NCBI GenBank assembly: GCA_963754315.1
Contig: CAVWFS010000007.1
Span: forward strand, 672,001-736,000
Direction of reading: 5' to 3'
DNA length: 64,000 bases
From: an uncultured Candidatus Rokubacteria bacterium
GTDB lineage: Bacteria; Methylomirabilota; Methylomirabilia; Rokubacteriales; CSP1-6
Positions 57,653-64,000 of this stretch are shown piece by piece. Position 1 is the first letter of the stretch; each line of letters opens with the position of its first letter. The notes beneath the pieces are model-generated. The model ran no database searches, was not told where the DNA came from, and saw nothing but the letters and a program-made list of their open reading frames with translations. The translations under genes were made by a program, and so were the position numbers.

Positions 57653-57776
57653 GCCAGAGCGATCAAACGATCGAGATGCTAGGCGGCGACGAGTGACGAC
57701 TGAGACGTGGCCCTGCCACGTCGCAGGGAGGAGCGAGGAGCCAACGACGCAGATCGGTCGGTTTCATCGCTCTGGC
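57653..57776. mobile_element. ~124 bp MITE-like palindromic element
   Basis: Imperfect terminal inverted repeats GCCAGAGCGATcAAAC.. / ..GTTTcATCGCTCTGGC, internal hairpin GACGTGGC-cct-GCCACGTC; abuts the dppC TAG stop. Confidence 0.6.
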
Positions 57777-58660
57777 TAGACTTGGCGGAGTTTGGGGTCA
57801 AGGCGGTCGCGCACCCAGTCCCCGAGGATATTCAGCGACAGCACGGTACCCAGAATGGCGATGCCGGGCAGGATCGAGACCCACCACGCCCGCTCGATGA
57901 GGCCACGCCCATCCGCCACCATCACCCCCCACGACGGGGTGGGCGGGGGGATGCCGACACCGAGGAAGCTGAGGGCGGCTTCCAGCACGATCACGAAGCC
58001 TACATGCAAGGTGGCCAGCACCAGGATGGACGGGATCAGGTTGGGGACGATGTGCCGGAACATGATGGTCAGGTTCGAGCAGCCGGCGATCCGCGCGAGG
58101 GCCACGAACTCCTGCTGCTTGAGACCGAGCGTCTCTCCGCGCACGAGCCGCGCGTAGCTGGGCCAGAGCAGGAACACCACGACGATGATCACGTTCGTGA
58201 AGGATGGCTCGAACACCACGGACAGGAGGATGGCAATCAGGATGCCGGGCAGGGAGAGCGAGATGTCCACCAAGCGCATGAGCAGGGTGTCGACCCACCC
58301 GCCCAGAAAGCCAGCCAGAAGTCCGATGAAGCTTCCTGCGGCGCCGGTGAGCGTGATGGCCACCACCGAGACCGACAGGGAGATCCGGGCGCCGTACAGC
58401 AACCGGCTCAAGGTATCGCGTCCGAGGCGATCGGTGCCCAGCAGGTGGCCAGGCTTCCACCCTTCCATGCCGATGGGCGGGACGAGCCGGTCACCCAAGG
58501 AACCCTCCACCGGGGACCGCGGGGCCAGCCACGGCGCACACACGGCACAGAAAACGAGCGCGGCCACGATGACGAGGGGAATCAGGGGCGGCCAGCGTCG
58601 ATCACGACGCCGGGACACGACGCCGGGGATGGGAGCGGCGACCGCCGATTCGGTCGTCAT
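57776..58660 (-). CDS. Peptide ABC permease (DppC-like)
   Basis: Start ATG 58660 (MTTESAV); LGTDRLGRD, PPTPSWG, GDWVRDRLDP. Confidence 0.9.
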   Translation of the reverse strand: MTTESAVAAPIPGVVSRRRDRRWPPLIPLVIVAALVFCAVCAPWLAPRSPVEGSLGDRLVPPIGMEGWKPGHLLGTDRLGRDTLSRLLYGARISLSVSVVAITLTGAAGSFIGLLAGFLGGWVDTLLMRLVDISLSLPGILIAILLSVVFEPSFTNVIIVVVFLLWPSYARLVRGETLGLKQQEFVALARIAGCSNLTIMFRHIVPNLIPSILVLATLHVGFVIVLEAALSFLGVGIPPPTPSWGVMVADGRGLIERAWWVSILPGIAILGTVLSLNILGDWVRDRLDPKLRQV

Positions 58661-59577
58661 GTCGAGTACCGGATCTTCGGATTCAGGTACGCGTAGAGGA
58701 TGTCGACAATGAGGTTGACCCCGATGTACATGGCGCTCAGAAAAAGCACGACCGCCTGCACGATCGGGTAATCCCGAGAATCGACGGCCTCGATCACGAG
58801 GAGACCGAGGCCGGGCCAGCCGAACACCGTCTCGATGATGATCGATCCGTTGAGGAGAGCCACGAACACCAGGGCAGCAAACGTCACCACGGGCAGCGCG
58901 GCGTTCTTGAAGGCGTGCTTCCAGATGACCTGCCGCTCGGGCAGTCCCTTGATGCGGGCCAGCTTGACGTATTCGCTGCCGAGCACGTCGAGCATGGCCG
59001 AACGGGTCAGGCGCATCAGCCCCGCCACCGCGAACCAGCCGAGCGTGACCCCGGGCAGGATGATGTGCAGCGGCGTGCCCCGACCCGATGTCGGTAGCAG
59101 ATGCAGGAGCACACCGAAGACGAGGACGAGGAGCAGTCCAAGCCAGAAGGGCGGCACTGCCTGCCCGAGCGCCGCGAAGGCCCGGGCCGCGTAGTCGAGC
59201 TTGCTCCCCCGTCGAACAGCGGCGTAGACACCGACCGGGAGGGCTACCACGATCACGATGAACACGGCCAGACTGCCTAGCTCCAGGGTGGCGCCGTACC
59301 GCTCGAGAATGAGATCCAGGGCGGGGCGGCGGAAGCGAACCGACTGGCCGAAATCGCCCTGGAGCGCCCGCGTGATGAACCACCAGTACTGGACGGGCCA
59401 GGGGCGGTCGAGCCCGAGATGGGCGCGCATGGCCGCGATGTCCTTCTGGCTCGCCTCCGGGGGAGCCATGATCTGGATGGGATCCCCCGACAGGCGCACA
59501 AGGGCGAAGACGACCATGGACACCACGAACATCGACACCACCGCCTGGACCAGGCGGCCGACGATGTAGCGTTGCAT
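58657..59577 (-). CDS. Peptide ABC permease (DppB-like)
   Basis: GDFGQS, ARIKGL, ETVFGWPG, RDYP, NPKIRY. Confidence 0.9.
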   Translation of the reverse strand: MQRYIVGRLVQAVVSMFVVSMVVFALVRLSGDPIQIMAPPEASQKDIAAMRAHLGLDRPWPVQYWWFITRALQGDFGQSVRFRRPALDLILERYGATLELGSLAVFIVIVVALPVGVYAAVRRGSKLDYAARAFAALGQAVPPFWLGLLLVLVFGVLLHLLPTSGRGTPLHIILPGVTLGWFAVAGLMRLTRSAMLDVLGSEYVKLARIKGLPERQVIWKHAFKNAALPVVTFAALVFVALLNGSIIIETVFGWPGLGLLVIEAVDSRDYPIVQAVVLFLSAMYIGVNLIVDILYAYLNPKIRYST

Positions 59578-59669
59578 GGCCTGCGGCGCCCCTTCCTCTG
59601 TCAGTTTCCGGCAGCGGCCGTCCCGGTGCGCCTCGCGACGCTTCGACGATGGGTCAAGACGGTCATCCG

Positions 59670-61301
59670 CTACGCTCCCGTACTGACGTACTCGTAGTTG
59701 TTCTCGAGCGGAACGTATACCAGAGTCTGCCAGCCGCTCACCTGCTTGCTCACAGCCCAGGTGGTGGACTTCACGCCCAGCATGACGGCGGGATACTGAT
59801 CGTAGAGCTTCTGGCCCATGGCGCTGGTGAGCTGAGCCCGCTTCTCCACGTCCACTTCCCGCAGGATGGTTTCGAGCTCTTGATCGTACGGGCCCTCACA
59901 CAGGAGGTTGAAGGCGCCCTTGGTCCAGACCGTGCGCTGCCAGGCGAGACTCGGCTCGTCGAAGGGCGGAGAGCCGTACACCCAATGCGTCTTGTTCGTC
60001 TTGCGCGCGCGGTTCTTGGGCAGGAAGTTACCGAAGGCCTCGGGCACCCGCTTGACCTTGATCCCGACCTTCTCCCAGTCGAGGGCGACTGCCTCCATGA
60101 CATCCGCTCCGTCGAGGGCGTAGGTGAACACCATCGGGTTCACCCTGACCTCGAAACCACCTCCCTGACCGGCCTCCGCCAGCAACTTCCTGGCTTGTCC
60201 GGCGTCGTACGGTGGAATCTTCCAGTCCGTGCTGTAGCCCTTGTTGAACGGGTAGTAGAAATAGGTGAATGGGGTCTCGGCCCCGGTGCCCTTCCAGAGC
60301 GCGTTGATGATGGCCTTCTTGTTGACGGCCAGGTTCAGGGCCATCCGGACTTTGCGCGCCTTGGCCAGGCTCTCGGCATTGCCAGGATCGCCCACCCAGG
60401 GACAGGTCGGGCAATAGTCTTCGCGGTCGGGGGTTGTCTGGCCTTGCAACACCACCCAGTAACAGGCCGCGTTCGGCGTCTCGTGGATACGGAGGCCGGC
60501 CTTGCGCGTCTGGTCCAGATAGTCGCCGAAGACCTGGCCGATGTCGATCTCCCCGGAGCGCAGCCCGGCAACCCGGGTGGCGGCGTCGGGAATCCGGCGG
60601 ATCACGAGCTCCTTGAAGCCGGGGGCCTTTCGCCAGTGATTGGCGATCGCCTCGAACCGATGATAGTCGCCTTGCTTCCCCTCGACGTGCCGGTAGGGCC
60701 CGGTGCCGATCGGATGCAGGGCCGCCTTCTCCTCGCCGACCGTCTCCAGGTATTTCTTCGAGGTGATGTTCTGGTATCCCACGAACTGGGTGAAGTGCGA
60801 GGGGACCTCCCACACGCGGTTCTTGAAGTGCATGACCACCGTGAGCTTGTCGGGAGTCTCGATCCGTTCGAGCTGGTTGCGAAAGAAGGGCGCCGATCCC
60901 CCCGGCACGTCAGGCCGCAAGTTCTGCTCGACGGTGAACTTGACATCCTCCGCCGTCAGCTCGCCCCAGTTCTCGTGAAACGCCACACCCGACCGGAGCT
61001 TGAAAGTCCACGTTCGCAGCTCGTTGGAGGGCTTCCATTCCGTGGCCAACCCAGGCCGATAGGCAAACGTCTTGGCGTCACGCTGGATGAGCGGATCGTA
61101 GACGCAGTCCCACAAGGTCTTTTCGGATTGACTGGAGCGCCAGGCAAATGGGGTCTCGATGCCCCACTGGCCAACGGCCACGACGAGCCGGTCGCCGGCT
61201 GCTCGCGCGCGGAAGGGCATGAGAAGGGGCGTGCCCACCAGGGCGGCGGCCGCGCTTGCAGTCCGCCTCAGAAACGCACGACGATCGATCGGTCTCGCCA
61301 T
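59670..61301 (-). CDS. ABC family-5 substrate-binding protein (Tat)
   Basis: Start ATG 61301 MARPIDRRAFL; WTFKLRSGVAFH, IGTGPY. Confidence 0.9.
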   Translation of the reverse strand: MARPIDRRAFLRRTASAAAALVGTPLLMPFRARAAGDRLVVAVGQWGIETPFAWRSSQSEKTLWDCVYDPLIQRDAKTFAYRPGLATEWKPSNELRTWTFKLRSGVAFHENWGELTAEDVKFTVEQNLRPDVPGGSAPFFRNQLERIETPDKLTVVMHFKNRVWEVPSHFTQFVGYQNITSKKYLETVGEEKAALHPIGTGPYRHVEGKQGDYHRFEAIANHWRKAPGFKELVIRRIPDAATRVAGLRSGEIDIGQVFGDYLDQTRKAGLRIHETPNAACYWVVLQGQTTPDREDYCPTCPWVGDPGNAESLAKARKVRMALNLAVNKKAIINALWKGTGAETPFTYFYYPFNKGYSTDWKIPPYDAGQARKLLAEAGQGGGFEVRVNPMVFTYALDGADVMEAVALDWEKVGIKVKRVPEAFGNFLPKNRARKTNKTHWVYGSPPFDEPSLAWQRTVWTKGAFNLLCEGPYDQELETILREVDVEKRAQLTSAMGQKLYDQYPAVMLGVKSTTWAVSKQVSGWQTLVYVPLENNYEYVSTGA

Positions 61302-61314
61302 GGCCAGACCTCCG

Positions 61315-62109
61315 TCACTGTCCGCGGAACACAGGGGGGCGCTTTTCCATGAACGCACGAATCCCCTCGCGAGCGTCCTCGGTCTCGAAGCATACGTTCT
61401 GGGCAAAGGTCTCGAACTCGAGGGCGGAGCGGAGATCGCCCTCGACGTTCTTGTACAGCGCCCGTTTGGCCAGGCGAATGGCCAAAGGCGGACCCGCGGC
61501 AATCTTGCGGGCCAGAGCATAGGCGGTGGACATCAACTCCTCTGGCGCGACGACCTGGCTCACCAGCCCAAGGCGGAGGGCTTCCTCGGCGTCGATGAGA
61601 TCGCCGGTGAAGATCAGCTCACACGCCTTGGCCATCCCGACCACCCGCGGCAGAAAATATGTCCCGCCCCAGTCTGGATGCAGGCCACGCCGCACGAAGG
61701 CCTGGGCAAACTTTGCTCCGGTGGAGGCGATCCTCAGGTCGCATCCGAGCGCGAGGTTCATGCCGGCGCCGGCGGCGGCGCCATTCACGGCAGCGATGAT
61801 CGGTTGTGGCGCATCGCGCATCGCCAGCAAGGTCCGATCCCGTGACGGGGCGATCTTTTCGAGGAGCGGGCGCTCGCGGCGTCCCTCCTTCGCCTCGCTC
61901 ATGGCCTTCACGTCACCGCCGGCACAGAAGCCCTTCCCGGCGCCGGTCACGATCATCACGCGCACGCTCGGGTCGGTGCTGCTTCGGATGATCGCGTCGA
62001 GAAGATCGTCGCGGAGGGTGTCGCCGAGCGCGTTCAGACGCTCCGGGCGGTTCAGGGTGAGGGTGGCGACGCCGTCCTTCACCTCGTAGAGAAGACACTT
62101 GTAGGTCAT
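61315..62109 (-). CDS. Enoyl-CoA hydratase/isomerase family
   Basis: LNRPERLNAL, FCAGGD, AVNGAAAGAG, EGIRAFMEKRPP. Confidence 0.92.
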   Translation of the reverse strand: MTYKCLLYEVKDGVATLTLNRPERLNALGDTLRDDLLDAIIRSSTDPSVRVMIVTGAGKGFCAGGDVKAMSEAKEGRRERPLLEKIAPSRDRTLLAMRDAPQPIIAAVNGAAAGAGMNLALGCDLRIASTGAKFAQAFVRRGLHPDWGGTYFLPRVVGMAKACELIFTGDLIDAEEALRLGLVSQVVAPEELMSTAYALARKIAAGPPLAIRLAKRALYKNVEGDLRSALEFETFAQNVCFETEDAREGIRAFMEKRPPVFRGQ

Positions 62110-62146
62110 GGGCAGGCTCCTTGGGGGGACGCGTTCGCCGTGCGAC

Positions 62147-63043
62147 TCACGCAGGCGAAGGCGGCCACGGAATCTTCAACGCGTCCAGACGGCGTAGCCG
62201 GTCCTGTCCGAGCGCGCGGTCCCACACGTCGGCGAGCGTCTCCGCGGTCCACGACCCCGTCCCCGTCACCGCCCGCACAGGCGCCGGGTGCGAGAAGACG
62301 GTGACTTCGGGCCCGCGGACTCCCACCACTTGCCCGGTGATGTGCGCGGCACGATCGCTGGCCAAGAACGTCACCACCGGCGCGATGGCGTCGGGGGGTG
62401 TGGCCGTGGACTGGGCGCGGCGCTCTCCGGGCAGACGCTGCGTCATTCGCGTGTCTGCCGTCGGCGAGATGGCGTTGCACCGAACACCATACTTGGCCAT
62501 GGCGAGGGCGGTGGAGCGCATCAGTCCGACGATCCCCTCCTTGGCGGCTGAGTAGTTCGGTTGGCCCGGGCTCCCCTCCAGGCCTGCCGTGGAGGTGAAG
62601 GTGACGATGCTGCCGGTCTTCCGCTCGCGCATGTGACGGGTGGCGGGCTGCATGACCGTGAAGTGCCCCTTGAGGTGCACGGCAATGACAGCGTCCCACT
62701 CCTCTTCGGTCATGTTGAAGATCATCCGCTCACGCAGAATGCCGGCGCAGCAGACGAGGACGTGGAGGTCGCCGAACTCACGCAGGGCGAGATCGATAAC
62801 GCCTCGCCCGCCGGCCATGGTGGCGACGCTCTCGGGACTGGCTGCCGCCTGCCCACCACGCGCCCGGATCTCGGCGACCACCTGATTGGCCGGCTCGCTC
62901 GACGGATCACGCCCGTCGACGCTGACCCCATAGTCGTTGACCACGACCTTTGCTCCGGCTGCCGCGAGGTCGAGCGACACCGCCCGGCCAATCCCCGTGC
63001 CTCCCCCTGTCACCACCGCCACCTTCCCCTCGAGCAATCCCAT
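62147..63043 (-). CDS. SDR family oxidoreductase (3-hydroxyacyl-CoA dehydrogenase-like)
   Basis: TGGGTGIG, VVVNDYG, AGILRER, GQPNYSAAK. Confidence 0.9.
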   Translation of the reverse strand: MGLLEGKVAVVTGGGTGIGRAVSLDLAAAGAKVVVNDYGVSVDGRDPSSEPANQVVAEIRARGGQAAASPESVATMAGGRGVIDLALREFGDLHVLVCCAGILRERMIFNMTEEEWDAVIAVHLKGHFTVMQPATRHMRERKTGSIVTFTSTAGLEGSPGQPNYSAAKEGIVGLMRSTALAMAKYGVRCNAISPTADTRMTQRLPGERRAQSTATPPDAIAPVVTFLASDRAAHITGQVVGVRGPEVTVFSHPAPVRAVTGTGSWTAETLADVWDRALGQDRLRRLDALKIPWPPSPA

Positions 63044-63121
63044 AGCTTCCCTCTCGACCGACCCCGATTCGGTGGGCCATTATAGGCGAAGCTGGAGAGT
63101 CCTCACCCAAAGGATGACGAC

Positions 63122-64000
63122 ATGGCCAACACGATGACTGTCCTGAACCCGGTGGGTTTCGCACCCAAGGTGACGCGCAAGGAACTGGCCCCGCGTCTAT
63201 CCACGCTCGAGGGCAAGACGGTGTACCTGGTCGACTGCCGTTTCGACGATTCGGACGTCTTCCTGCGACAGATGCAAGCGTGGTTCACCGAGCACCTGCC
63301 CGGCGTGACGACCGTGGTAAAGCCGATCTCGAGTGTCTACCTCAACGACGATCCGACCACCTGGGAGGAGATCAAAGCCAAGGGGCACGCGGCGATTCTC
63401 GGTGTTGGCCACTGAAGTACCTGCGCGCCGGCGGTCGCCGCGCACGCCATGACCATCGAGACGAAGTACGGCATCCCCACGGTCGCCGTGCACACCGACA
63501 AGTTCGACAAGGTGGTCCGCTCGGTTGCGACGGTGAGCGGGATGCCCGGCCTCCGACAGGTGTTCGTTCCCCAACCCATCATGGGCAAGACGGCCGCTCA
63601 GCTGCGCGCGTACGTTGACGGTCAGGATCCCCTGAACGGGCGGCCAGTCATGCAGGAGGTCATCGAGGGATTGACACGCCCCCTGCAAGACCAGGAGCTC
63701 GACCCGATCCACTTCGACCGGTCGACCCCGCGCGTGCTTGAGGGGATGCCGCCCGAAGACCTCGAGCGTCTCTTCCTGGACAATCACTGGACGGATGGGC
63801 TACCGATCGTGCTCCCGACCGAGGAACGCGTGGCCGCCATGCTCGCGGGCACCCGTCGCCGGCCCGACGAGGTGGTCGGCCAGATGCGCTCGACGCACTT
63901 CCGCGAGTACTGGGCGTACACGGTCGAGAAGGTCGCGGTCAACGCGGTGATGGCAGGCGCCCGCCCCGCGTACTTCCCCGTGATCCTGGCCCTCGCCGCG
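63122..64000 (+). CDS. UGSC-family thioredoxin-like selenoprotein (UxxC) fused to a WTDGLP domain; runs off the right edge
   Basis: In-frame TGA at codon 98 (63413-63415) in AILGVGH-U-STC; the frame stays open with protein-like sequence to 64000; SECIS-like hairpin follows. Confidence 0.82.
63422..63444 (+). promoter_or_regulatory. Candidate bacterial SECIS element
   Basis: TGCGC-gcc-GGC-ggtc-GCC-GCGCA stem-loop with a G-initiated 4-nt apical loop 17 nt after the UGA. Confidence 0.6.

Noticed and set aside
63122..63415. Stand-alone 97-aa protein or nonsense pseudogene
   Set aside because: The UxxC context, the open downstream frame and the hairpin favour selenocysteine read-through.
1..64000. 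CRISPR array, tRNA, rRNA, integrase or transposase
   Set aside because: No regularly spaced repeats, RNA gene signatures or recombinase motifs were seen; intergenic gaps are short.

Overview
High-GC (roughly 65-70% by eye) bacterial DNA, densely coding. The gene mix resembles Ca. Rokubacteria/Methylomirabilota (inference only): many family-5 peptide-type ABC solute-binding proteins, orphan molybdenum-hydroxylase large subunits, LLM/SDR/CoA-transferase catabolic genes, urtABCD and shc. No rRNA, tRNA, CRISPR array or intact transposase was recognised. Left to right: urea ABC transporter with a sigma54-type promoter; CoxL-like subunit, hydantoinase A/B and an ABC module; flavin-dependent halogenase with YceI; a frameshift-riddled ABC operon; MlaC/HpnM, DUF6062, squalene-hopene cyclase and a methyltransferase; a DsbD-redoxin-amidohydrolase-YtkA-like-MauG-like periplasmic operon; a TIR(Cap12/PycTIR-type)-tandem-PAS-like gene next to a SAM methyltransferase, with a metacaspase nearby; a long aromatic/CoA catabolic island; and at the right edge a UGA-readthrough UxxC selenoprotein with a SECIS-like hairpin that the ORF track truncates. 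The best candidates for an undescribed system are the TIR-PAS-like + methyltransferase (+ metacaspase) locus at 35.4-39.8 kb and the Tyr-ligated di-heme operon at 25.8-31.2 kb. Several deletion scars or chimeras are also visible: a Rieske-SDR fusion, an enoyl-CoA hydratase tail and a DUF4410 remnant. All family calls come from motif recognition by eye; no database search was run.
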